Assembly: GCA_946494015.1 (NCBI GenBank)
Contig: CAMMBL010000004.1
Location: 1 to 38,579, forward strand
DNA length: 38,579 bases
Direction of reading: 5' to 3'
DNA from: an uncultured Mycoplasmatota bacterium
GTDB lineage: Bacteria; Bacillota_I; Bacilli_A; RF39; UBA660
This document shows positions 8,194 through 16,313 of this stretch, piece by piece. A program made the position numbers and the translations under genes. The first letter of the stretch is position 1. Every line of letters starts with the position of its first letter. The notes below the pieces were generated by a model that saw nothing but the letters and a program-made list of their open reading frames with translations, had not been told where the DNA came from and searched no databases.

Positions 8194-9132
8194 ATGAAAG
8201 ATTTAAGAATAATATTTATGGGAACACCAAGCTTTGCTGTACCAATATTTAAAGCTTTAGCTGAAAATTATAACGTTGTCGCTGTTGTAACTCAACCTGA
8301 TAAAAAACAAGGAAGAAAACAAATATTAACACCATCTTTAATAAAACAAGCTAGTGCCCTATATAATATTCCTGTTTTACAACCTGTAAAAATAAAAACT
8401 GACTATCAACAAATTCTAGATTATAAGCCTGATATAATTATAACTTGTGCTTATGGTCAAATATTACCAAAAGAAATATTAGATTATCCAAAATATAAAT
8501 GTATTAATGTACATGCTTCACTTTTACCTAAATTAAGAGGAGGAGCACCTATTCATCATGCAATTATGGATGGTTATGATAAAACAGGAGTAACTATTAT
8601 GTATATGGCTCAAGAAATGGATGCTGGTGATATTATAAGTAGTAAAGAAACTAAAATAACTAAGGAAGATACTTTAGGAACTCTACAAGATCGTCTAAGT
8701 GAAATAGGAAAAAATTTATTATTAGAAACACTTCCAAAAATTATAAAAGGAAAAATAAAACCAATTAAACAAAATGAAGAAGAAGTAACTTATGGTTATA
8801 ATATTACTAAAGAAGATGAAAAAATTGATTTTACAAAAACTAATATTGAAATTAATAATAAAGTAAGAGCACTAAATCCTACACCTGGAGCCTATACAAT
8901 TTTAAATAATAAAAGATTAAAAGTATATCAAACTAGAATAGGGGATAGATATTACTCTAAAACAGAACCAGGAACTATAGTTGGTTTTGAACAAGATGGT
9001 ATTAGAGTAGTAGCAGGCACCAATGAAATAATTTTAACAGAAATAGCCTTAGAAGGTAAAAAAAGATGTTTAGTTAAAGACTATTTAAATGGTATAGATA
9101 AAAAAGATTTATTAGGAGTAATATTAAAATGA
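8194..9132 (+). CDS. fmt: Methionyl-tRNA formyltransferase
   Basis: IIFMGTPSFA, VVTQPDK, CAYGQILP, INVHASLLPKLRGGAPI, MDAGD. ATG at 8194 follows GGAGG. Confidence 0.98.
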   Translation: MKDLRIIFMGTPSFAVPIFKALAENYNVVAVVTQPDKKQGRKQILTPSLIKQASALYNIPVLQPVKIKTDYQQILDYKPDIIITCAYGQILPKEILDYPKYKCINVHASLLPKLRGGAPIHHAIMDGYDKTGVTIMYMAQEMDAGDIISSKETKITKEDTLGTLQDRLSEIGKNLLLETLPKIIKGKIKPIKQNEEEVTYGYNITKEDEKIDFTKTNIEINNKVRALNPTPGAYTILNNKRLKVYQTRIGDRYYSKTEPGTIVGFEQDGIRVVAGTNEIILTEIALEGKKRCLVKDYLNGIDKKDLLGVILK

Positions 9133-9866
9133 CATCAAAGAAAAATTCTAATAAATATCTTCAAACAATAAAAAATTTGAATCAAAATACTCGAGGTAGA
9201 GCGATATTATTTTTTCTTTTCTATTTAATTTTTTTTATCGTTATTATCGGCTTAATTAGAGCCAGTTATACTTCAAATAAAAATAATGACTATAAAAAGA
9301 CTGATATTAATGAAGAATATAAATTAGATGGTATAATAAATGGTAATTATCATTTTACAAGAGAAGAAATAATTAATAATAGTATTACTAATTATGTAGG
9401 TGATAAAAGTAATAAAAAAGAAGAAGGAATAATGACTTTCAATAATGCTTTATATAATTATTTTATCTATGATAATATTAATTTATTAAAAATAAATGAT
9501 AAATATGAAATAAGTGGAGAGTTATATAAATATAATTCTATTACTAATGATACTAATATTGCAAAAATATTAAAAAATGCTACTTTAATATCTAAAACAG
9601 AATATGAAATAGGCTCTAGTGTATATAATTATCAAATAACGACTAATACCCTAGATCAAATAGTTAATAATACTAATATAGATATTGCCGATATTCCTAA
9701 TACAATTACACTATATACTAATGAAGATGATCAAGTAGTAAAAATAATATATGATTTAACAAGTTATGCTACCTATTATCTAAATACACAAACTTCAGTA
9801 AAAATAACTATTGAATATTCTAATTTTGGGGAAATAGAAGATTTAAAAGTACCTGAAAATAATTAA
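9129..9866 (+). CDS. Hypothetical membrane-anchored extracellular protein
   Basis: ATGA overlap with fmt. One N-terminal TM helix, then an N/Y/T-rich beta-type domain ending YSNFGEIEDL. Confidence 0.7.
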   Translation: MTSKKNSNKYLQTIKNLNQNTRGRAILFFLFYLIFFIVIIGLIRASYTSNKNNDYKKTDINEEYKLDGIINGNYHFTREEIINNSITNYVGDKSNKKEEGIMTFNNALYNYFIYDNINLLKINDKYEISGELYKYNSITNDTNIAKILKNATLISKTEYEIGSSVYNYQITTNTLDQIVNNTNIDIADIPNTITLYTNEDDQVVKIIYDLTSYATYYLNTQTSVKITIEYSNFGEIEDLKVPENN

Positions 9867-9888
9867 AAAACAATGAGAGGTGTTGTTA

Positions 9889-10635
9889 ATGAAAAATAAA
9901 AAGAATTTAAAAAAAATTATCATTGGTATTATTATAGTAATAGTAGTAATATTAGGATTAATATTCTTTATGGCTTTTAAAGAGCTACAAGAGGAAGATG
10001 TTTTAAAACAAGAAATAGTAAATTATAGTAATAAAAATTTAGCAACTGATGATTATTCCATAAAAGTTAAAACAACAGGAGATCGAGCTTATGTAGAAGA
10101 AGCCGTTAAAAAGTATTATAAGAATTTATCAGATAATGTTAAAACTATAAATAACTATTTAACAGATGAAAATTTAACTAATATATTATCTCTTAATAGT
10201 TTAAAAGCTGATAGTCCTACTTTCGTAAAAAGTCATACTCTTATAAGTAATACTAAAAATAAAGTTAGTGAAGCATTTAAAAATATTAGTAATTTATGTG
10301 AAGAAGATACTATAAAAAACTTAATAGATAAAGATAAACTTAGTGATAGTGAATACTATTATGACTTTTATTTAGATCTTATGTATACAAAAAAAGATTT
10401 AGAAGAACTTAAAAAAACTAAAGAAGAAATGGAAAAAATCTCTAATAATTTAGATTTGTTTTTAGATAAAGTTGATGAAATATTAACATTTTTAGAAACA
10501 AATGCTAATTATATAGAGTACACAAATACTAATATTGAGTTTGAAAATAATAATTTATTAGATCAGTATAATAAATTAATTAATGATTTAACTATACTTG
10601 CTAATAATATGAGCAATCAAAAAAATAGTGTTTAG
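9889..10635 (+). CDS. Hypothetical protein, N-terminal TM and helical ectodomain
   Basis: Lys-rich N-terminus, TM helix and coiled-coil-like body. GAGGTG RBS. Confidence 0.7.
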   Translation: MKNKKNLKKIIIGIIIVIVVILGLIFFMAFKELQEEDVLKQEIVNYSNKNLATDDYSIKVKTTGDRAYVEEAVKKYYKNLSDNVKTINNYLTDENLTNILSLNSLKADSPTFVKSHTLISNTKNKVSEAFKNISNLCEEDTIKNLIDKDKLSDSEYYYDFYLDLMYTKKDLEELKKTKEEMEKISNNLDLFLDKVDEILTFLETNANYIEYTNTNIEFENNNLLDQYNKLINDLTILANNMSNQKNSV

Positions 10636-10640
10636 TACTT

Positions 10641-10675
10641 TAACCTGGTATTTTTAATATATCAGGTTATTTTCT
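10641..10675 (+). terminator. Intrinsic terminator candidate
   Basis: TAACCTGGTAT...ATATCAGGTTA stem followed by TTTT. Confidence 0.6.
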
Positions 10676-10676
10676 T

Positions 10677-10705
10677 TTTACAATTTACTATATATCAGTT
10701 ATAAT
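10677..10705 (+). promoter_or_regulatory. SigA-type promoter of ffh
   Basis: TTTACA-N17-TATAAT. Confidence 0.65.
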
Positions 10706-10730
10706 ATTAAAAGAAAAGGATGTGTCTTAA

Positions 10731-12038
10731 ATGTTTGAAAGTTTAGGAGATAGATTACAAAATGCTCTCCATAAAATAAAGGGTTATGGAAAAATAACAG
10801 AAGATAATATTGGCGATATGATGAAAGAAATTCGCTTAGCTTTACTTGAAGCTGATGTTAATTATAAAGTAGTAAAAGAATTTGTTAATAATGTTAAAGA
10901 AAAAGCCTTAGGTGAAGAAGTTAGGTCTAGTATTAAACCAGGAGATTTGTTCGTTAAGATTGTTAAAGATGAATTAACTGAACTACTAGGAGGAGATGCC
11001 GCCCCTCTAAATCTTGATGGGAATCCTGCTATTTTAATGTTAGTAGGACTACAAGGTAGTGGTAAAACAACAACTATAGGGAAACTTGCTAATTATCTAC
11101 GTAAGAAAAAAAATAAAAAGCCTTTAATGGTCGCTTGTGATATATATAGACCTGCTGCCATTGATCAATTAAAACAATTAGGTAAAGAACTTAATATTGA
11201 AGTATATAGTGAAGGTAAAAAGAATCCTATAGAAATTAGTAAAAATGCTATTAAATATGCTAAAGAAAATAATTATGACTATGTTTTAATTGATACTGCA
11301 GGACGTTTACAAATAGATAAGAATTTAATGGAAGAATTAGAAAAGATAACAGCATCTATTTCTCCTCAAGAAACTTTACTTGTAATAGATGCTATGATGG
11401 GTCAAGATGCTATTAATGTAATAACAGGTTTCAACGAAAAACTAAAATTAACAGGTGTTATTTTAACCAAATTAGATGGCGATACTAAAGGTGGAGTAGC
11501 TTTATCTGTCAGACACTTAACAAATGTTCCTATTAAATTTATTGGAACTAGTGAAAAGTTAGATGGCTTAGATTCTTTTGATCCTGAGAGAATGGCGGGA
11601 AGAATTTTAGGAATGGGGGATATTATTTCCTTAGTTGAACAAGCTGAAGCAGCTATAGATGAAAAAGAAGCTGAAAAAACAGCTAAAAGAATGCAAGAAG
11701 GAAAATTTGATCTTGAAGATTTTCTTTCAACCCTAAAACAAATAAAAAAATTAGGTCCTCTTGAAAATCTTTTAAAATTGATACCTGGAGCTAAAAAAAT
11801 GGGTTTAACAAATATAAATATTCCTCCTAAACAAATGGCTCATATTGAAGCAATAATTCTATCTATGACAAAAGAAGAAAGAAGAAATCCTTCAATAATT
11901 AAAGCTTCTCGTAAAACTAGAATTGCTAAAGGTTGTGGTTTATCTGTCCAAGAAGTAAATAAACTATTAACCCAATTTGAAAATATGAAAAAAATGATGA
12001 AACAAATGAAAAATGGAAACTTTAAAATGCCATTTTAG
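10731..12038 (+). CDS. ffh: Signal recognition particle protein Ffh
   Basis: MFESLGDRLQ, ALLEADV, GLQGSGKTTT, DTAGRL, TKLDGD, RMAGRILGMGD and a Met-rich M domain. Confidence 0.98.
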   Translation: MFESLGDRLQNALHKIKGYGKITEDNIGDMMKEIRLALLEADVNYKVVKEFVNNVKEKALGEEVRSSIKPGDLFVKIVKDELTELLGGDAAPLNLDGNPAILMLVGLQGSGKTTTIGKLANYLRKKKNKKPLMVACDIYRPAAIDQLKQLGKELNIEVYSEGKKNPIEISKNAIKYAKENNYDYVLIDTAGRLQIDKNLMEELEKITASISPQETLLVIDAMMGQDAINVITGFNEKLKLTGVILTKLDGDTKGGVALSVRHLTNVPIKFIGTSEKLDGLDSFDPERMAGRILGMGDIISLVEQAEAAIDEKEAEKTAKRMQEGKFDLEDFLSTLKQIKKLGPLENLLKLIPGAKKMGLTNINIPPKQMAHIEAIILSMTKEERRNPSIIKASRKTRIAKGCGLSVQEVNKLLTQFENMKKMMKQMKNGNFKMPF

Positions 12039-12051
12039 GCTAATAATTTAT

Positions 12052-12080
12052 ACACTTTATCCTAGTGCGAATATTCTAAT
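12052..12080 (+). promoter_or_regulatory. Putative SigK-type promoter of the cotD-like gene
   Basis: AC(12052)-N16-AATATTCTA, compared with the SigK consensus AC-N16/17-CATAnnnTA. Shares ACACTTT...ATAnnnTAAT with the 15914 promoter. Confidence 0.42.
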
Positions 12081-12098
12081 ATTAAAGGAGGAAAGTGT

Positions 12099-12437
12099 AT
12101 GTTATTTAATAATCAAGCAATTGATATGTCATCAACTATTGATGGAAATAATAATGTTGTTGATCAAGATATGAATATAGACATCAATATGAATAATAAC
12201 AGTATGGGAATGAATCAAAACATGGAAATGATGGATGGACAATCTCCAATAATTGAACCTATGCAAGAACGTCAAGTTCATAGAACTTTTATGCATAATG
12301 TTCCACATGTTTGTCCTATAAGGACTAGAATTATAAATCACCATATTTTTAAACATACTTATTGTCCACAATACTCATGCTGTGAAGAAAATGTTGTATG
12401 TAATATTGATCAAGGTTCATGTTGTAACTTCCGCTAA
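12099..12437 (+). CDS. cotD: CotD-family spore coat protein
   Basis: PIIEP....VHRTF.HNVPHVCP..T..INHHIFKH.Y.P and terminal CC parallel B. subtilis CotD (PIVHP...HTF...VPHIFP.HT..VNHQHFQH.HYFP). Met/Asn-rich N-terminus; AAGGAGG RBS. Confidence 0.75.
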   Translation: MLFNNQAIDMSSTIDGNNNVVDQDMNIDINMNNNSMGMNQNMEMMDGQSPIIEPMQERQVHRTFMHNVPHVCPIRTRIINHHIFKHTYCPQYSCCEENVVCNIDQGSCCNFR

Positions 12438-12464
12438 GCCAAGATAAATAATCTTGGCTTTTTA
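12436..12464 (+). terminator. Intrinsic terminator
   Basis: AAGCCAAGAT-aaata-ATCTTGGCTT followed by T-run. Confidence 0.85.
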
Positions 12465-12595
12465 GTATAATTATTATTAAAGATCTCCAAACACATAAAT
12501 AACATTTATTAACTGTCTTTAAATGTCCAATTGTGTCATAATACTTGTAAAATTGAATATTTAATAATAATATAATAATAAGGAGTGTGATACAA

Positions 12596-12799
12596 GTGAT
12601 ATATCCTTCAATAGACAAATTATTAAATATTGTAAGCTCTAAATATGAATTAGCTCATATTGCCGCACGTAGAAGTAAAGAAATGTCAAAAGAGGAACAT
12701 TATCAATTACCAATTAATGAATATAAATGTAAAAAAAATATAGGGAGAGCTTTAGAAGAAATTCTAGAAGGTAAAATAAAAATAACTGAATCAAAATAG
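12596..12799 (+). CDS. rpoZ: RNA polymerase omega subunit
   Basis: IYPSIDKLL...SKYELAHIAARRSKE...K.IGRALEEI..GKI. GTG start chosen by RBS spacing. Confidence 0.93.
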   Translation: MIYPSIDKLLNIVSSKYELAHIAARRSKEMSKEEHYQLPINEYKCKKNIGRALEEILEGKIKITESK

Positions 12800-12816
12800 A
12801 TCCAGTTATTTTTAAC

Positions 12817-12883
12817 TTGACTATCTTTTAAATGTCTAATATAGTAAACAAGAGAACAAACTTAAACCAATTAATTTAAGTTT
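12817..12883 (+). promoter_or_regulatory. recX promoter with downstream inverted repeat
   Basis: TTGACT-N17-TATAGT (12817-12845), then AAACTTAAA-N8-TTTAAGTTT (12858-12883). Confidence 0.55.
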
Positions 12884-12917
12884 ACAACATTTATTAATAA
12901 TAAAAGAAAGGAAAAAT

Positions 12918-13664
12918 ATGAAAATAGTTAAATTTCAAAAAAAGTCAGAGGGTATATATACAATCTATTTAGATAATAATTATACTTACAATTTTTATGA
13001 AGAAATAATTTTAAAATATGAGTTATTAATCACAAAATATATAGATGAAAAACAACTTAATCAAATGTTAAATGATAATAAAAAGTATCAATCATATTAT
13101 CAAGCTTTAAAAACTTTAAAAAAGGTTATTAAAACTAAAGAAGAAATAAAAAAGATGCTTAGTGGAAAATATTATGATAAAGAAAGCATAGACTTTACTT
13201 TAAAATTATTAGAAGATCAAGGATATTTAAATGATAAAAATTATGCTAAAAGTTATATAAATAATGCCATTATAACAACTACAAAAGGCCCTAAAAAAAT
13301 AGCTTTTGAATTAGAACAAAAGGGTTTAATTTATGATGATTATAAGGAGGCTTTAAAAGAGTATACTGCTTCTATAGAAAAAGAAAAAATAAATAAATTA
13401 ATTATAAAAAAAATAGCATCTAATCACAATAAAAGTGCAAAACTTTTAAAACAGAAATTAGAAATAGATTTAATAAATAATGGTTTTAATAAAGAAATTA
13501 TTAAAGAAGTATTATTAAATACCTCTATAGAAGAAGATAAAACTATAGCTAGAAAAGAATATCAAAAATATTATGATAAATTAAGTAAAAAATATTCTGG
13601 TAAACAATTAGAATATAAATTAAAACAAAAAATGTATAGTTTAGGATTTAAAGATTTTGAATAA
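12918..13664 (+). CDS. recX: Regulatory protein RecX
   Basis: Firmicute long form: MKIVK...YTIYLD, T..EI...L, GYLNDKNYAKSYI, KGPKKIAFELEQKG, KLKQKMYSLGF. Confidence 0.9.
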   Translation: MKIVKFQKKSEGIYTIYLDNNYTYNFYEEIILKYELLITKYIDEKQLNQMLNDNKKYQSYYQALKTLKKVIKTKEEIKKMLSGKYYDKESIDFTLKLLEDQGYLNDKNYAKSYINNAIITTTKGPKKIAFELEQKGLIYDDYKEALKEYTASIEKEKINKLIIKKIASNHNKSAKLLKQKLEIDLINNGFNKEIIKEVLLNTSIEEDKTIARKEYQKYYDKLSKKYSGKQLEYKLKQKMYSLGFKDFE

Positions 13665-13686
13665 AAATAGAATATTAAAACTGTTA

Positions 13687-13996
13687 TGATCCCCGTTTCT
13701 TGGACGAAATAGAAATTAAGTTATAAAGATAAAATAAATTTATATAGAGAAATAAAAGAAAGAATATCAACAAATAGTTTATCGAGAAAATATAATCAAT
13801 TATATTGTAATTTTAATAGATAAACATTTAAAGAACATACAATTAATCGAGTTTTAATAAATGCGATAGATGACTATATTTATTATTATAATCATGATAG
13901 AATTAAAGAAAAATTAAAAGGACTATCAACTGTAATTTACAGGTAATAGTCCTTTTAATTAATACTAATTATAAACTGTCCAACTTATGGGGTTCA
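13687..13996 (+). mobile_element. Internally deleted IS3-family (IS150/IS861-like) element, 310 bp, MITE-like
   Basis: TG...CA termini with imperfect IRs: TGATCCCCGTTTCTTGGAC versus the reverse complement of the right end, TGAACCCCATAAGTTGGAC. Remnants of OrfA (KLSYKDKINLYRE...SLSRKYN) and the OrfB C-terminus (AIDDYIYYYNHDRIKEKLKGLSTVIYR*). Confidence 0.88.
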
Positions 13997-14008
13997 GTTT
14001 ATAATATT

Positions 14009-14722
14009 CTATTTTTTTAAAGTATAGGTATAGCCATTTATACTCTTAGTAGGATAAACATAATTTGCTTTTATTTTTTCAACATATGATTTTCCTAAAC
14101 TTTCAGCTTTTCTTCCTACATAAAGTAAATCTTCTCCTTCAATTCCGTATGATTTTAGTAAAGTAATAAATAATTCAGCAGGCCATGGTGCCATATCATC
14201 TTCCTTTACAATAACCTTTTCAAATTCATAAGGTGTATTTATAGTTCTTTGTTCAAGAGGATACTTAATTCCTAAATTAAGTTCGGAAATTTGTAAGATA
14301 CCAAATAACTGTTCAGTATTAGCTTTACCTTGATTAATAAGATGATTATGTAAAATAGGAGTAGCTTTAATTCGGTAATTATTATCATCTAAAATATTAT
14401 AATCAGCTTTAGTCATATATAAATTAGCTTTTGCTCTATCGATCATGCGATAACATTTAGACCAATCATTAAGTAATTCTAAAGAACTGTTTCCTTTAAT
14501 TTCATCTTCTATTATTTTATTACGTAATGCCTTTTTATATTCTATATTATTTTCTTTATCAGTTCCTTTAACTCTTTTTTCAACTAATTTTTTTATCTCC
14601 TCTCTAAAGATAAAAAAATCTTCAGTAGTTTTAATATTAGGAAATTGTTTAAAATCATTTTCTACTTGATTATAAATTGTAATTAGTTTTTGTTTAGTTT
14701 CCTCATTTAGTTTTTTTCTCAT
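14009..14722 (-). CDS. Hypothetical soluble protein
   Basis: 237-aa ORF with its own RBS (AAGGGA) and consensus promoter. No family recognised. Confidence 0.75.
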   Translation of the reverse strand: MRKKLNEETKQKLITIYNQVENDFKQFPNIKTTEDFFIFREEIKKLVEKRVKGTDKENNIEYKKALRNKIIEDEIKGNSSLELLNDWSKCYRMIDRAKANLYMTKADYNILDDNNYRIKATPILHNHLINQGKANTEQLFGILQISELNLGIKYPLEQRTINTPYEFEKVIVKEDDMAPWPAELFITLLKSYGIEGEDLLYVGRKAESLGKSYVEKIKANYVYPTKSINGYTYTLKK

Positions 14723-14748
14723 ATATTTATCCCTTCCTTGTGCAGCAT

Positions 14749-14777
14749 ATTATATCATTTAGATCTATATTTGTCAA
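14749..14777 (-). promoter_or_regulatory. Perfect-consensus SigA promoter
   Basis: Minus strand TTGACA-N17-TATAAT with extended -10 TG (TGATATAAT). Confidence 0.85.
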
Positions 14778-14806
14778 AAAAGGAAGTAACCAAAAGCTTA
14801 CTTCCT
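14776..14806 (-). terminator. prsA intrinsic terminator
   Basis: Minus strand AGGAAGTAA-gcttttgg-TTACTTCCT followed by T-run. Confidence 0.8.
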
Positions 14807-14820
14807 ACAATAATTAATTT

Positions 14821-15825
14821 TTAAGAATTAGCAGTAGTATTACTAGCACTTTCAATTAGTTGATCCATTAACTTATCATAATCACTTTTTAGACTATCAT
14901 CCTTAAATTCAATACCGGCATTTTTTCTAATTTCAACTAAGGCATTATATCTAAGAGTAGCATCATTATTTAATTTATCTTCAGCTAAAGTATCAATAAT
15001 ATCATCTTTAACTTTCTTTAATTTAGGTTTCTTTTTTTGATCAACTTTTAAAATAATATGATATCCAAAGCTTGATTTAACAGGTTCAGTTGTATATTTA
15101 CCTTTTTCAAGATCAATAGAAGCATTTAAGAAAGCTTCATCCATATTATCATCTTTATTAAAGTAATCAATTAAACCACCATCACTAGCACTACCAGTAT
15201 CATCACTATATTCTTTAGCAAGTTCTTCAAAATCAGCGCCATCATCTAATTTTTTAATTAAATCTTCCGCTTCTTTTTTAGCTTTTTTTTCAGCTTCTTC
15301 TTTTTCTTCAGTTGACATATCATCATTAGTATCAGGTTTAATTAAAATATGTCTAACTTTAATATCACCAATTACTTCATCATCATAATACTTTTGTATT
15401 TCATCATCAGTAATACTGTCCTTTACATAATCTTCAATAGCTAAATTTCTCTTATATTCCAAAGATAACATATCTCTAAGTTCATCTTCATCTTCAACGC
15501 CTAAATATTGTGTAATAGCGGCTTTAAAAGCTTCATCATCATTATTATATTGAGATTTCATTTGCTCAATTTGTGAATTAATAGTTTCTTCTTCTGTACT
15601 ATCAGTTTTATATTTCTCATCAAATAATTGATGATCGATCATATCAATAAGTACACTAATACCATATTTATCTCTTAATTTTTCATATAAAGTATCAGCA
15701 CTTATCTTTCCTTCATCAGTTTTTACAACAGTATGATTATCTTTCAAAGATGCATTATTACCACAACCTGTAACTAATAAGCATACTGTTAAAGTGCAAA
15801 TAGTTAATTTAACAAGTCTTTTCAT
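14821..15825 (-). CDS. prsA: Foldase PrsA (parvulin PPIase lipoprotein)
   Basis: Lipobox VTGC; VRHILI, FEELAKEYSDD.GSA..GG.I, PVKSSFGYHII. Confidence 0.95.
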   Translation of the reverse strand: MKRLVKLTICTLTVCLLVTGCGNNASLKDNHTVVKTDEGKISADTLYEKLRDKYGISVLIDMIDHQLFDEKYKTDSTEEETINSQIEQMKSQYNNDDEAFKAAITQYLGVEDEDELRDMLSLEYKRNLAIEDYVKDSITDDEIQKYYDDEVIGDIKVRHILIKPDTNDDMSTEEKEEAEKKAKKEAEDLIKKLDDGADFEELAKEYSDDTGSASDGGLIDYFNKDDNMDEAFLNASIDLEKGKYTTEPVKSSFGYHIILKVDQKKKPKLKKVKDDIIDTLAEDKLNNDATLRYNALVEIRKNAGIEFKDDSLKSDYDKLMDQLIESASNTTANS

Positions 15826-15913
15826 TTTAAAATTTTCCTCCTAATATTTCTAATTCAATAAATATAATAGCATTAACTTAAATAACTTGCAAATAAAATA
15901 GGCCATTTTTAGC

Positions 15914-15943
15914 ACACTTTTTACCATAAAGCCATAGAATAAT
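15914..15943 (+). promoter_or_regulatory. Putative SigK-type promoter of the sscA-like pair
   Basis: AC(15914)-N17-CATAGAATA(15933) matches AC-N16/17-CATAnnnTA. Confidence 0.55.
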
Positions 15944-15974
15944 GTGAACACTAGAAAAAAAGGAGGATTAAGTT

Positions 15975-16055
15975 ATGGGTAATTGCAATTCATCAAGTGC
16001 TATAGTTTTAGTACTATTCATTTTACTAGTTATAATTATAGGTGCTTATATCTAA
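15975..16055 (+). CDS. YjcZ/SscA-family small sporulation peptide (26 aa)
   Basis: Not in the ORF track. MGNCNSSSAIVLVLFILLVIIIGAYI* contains the family motif A..LVLFILL.IIG. AAGGAGG RBS; divergent from prsA. Confidence 0.85.
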   Translation: MGNCNSSSAIVLVLFILLVIIIGAYI

Positions 16056-16077
16056 AATATTATAAGGAGGTGTAAAA

Positions 16078-16206
16078 ATGTCTTGTTCTAATAATCAAAC
16101 AGTAACAACTAGTTGTTGTCCTACAAGACCAAGAAATAGTTATATTATTATTATCGTATTATATATTTTATTAGCTATCATCTTAGGTTCTTGTATGACT
16201 TATTAA
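16078..16206 (+). CDS. YjcZ/SscA-family small sporulation peptide (42 aa, Cys-rich)
   Basis: Not in the ORF track. MSCSNNQTVTTSCCPTRPRNSYIIIIVLYILLAIILGSCMTY* contains VLYILL.II.G. AAGGAGGTG RBS. Confidence 0.8.
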   Translation: MSCSNNQTVTTSCCPTRPRNSYIIIIVLYILLAIILGSCMTY

Positions 16207-16208
16207 TT

Positions 16209-16236
16209 AAGAAGCTCTATTTAGAGTTTCTTTTTA
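16209..16236 (+). terminator. Intrinsic terminator after the peptide pair
   Basis: AAGAAGCTCT-attt-AGAGTTTCTT followed by T-run. Confidence 0.7.
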
Positions 16237-16313
16237 TATATAATTTAAAGTAATAAATAATTAATAATATAAAGAAATTTGTTAATAATAATATAGAAAA
16301 GAGTGTGATACTT

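Noticed and set aside
12132-12618. Minus-strand ORFs 12132..12371 and 12349..12618
   Set aside because: They overlap the cotD-like gene, its terminator and rpoZ, which have far better support.
12855-12866. GAAC upstream of recX as a LexA box
   Set aside because: Second half-site is not GTTC-like.
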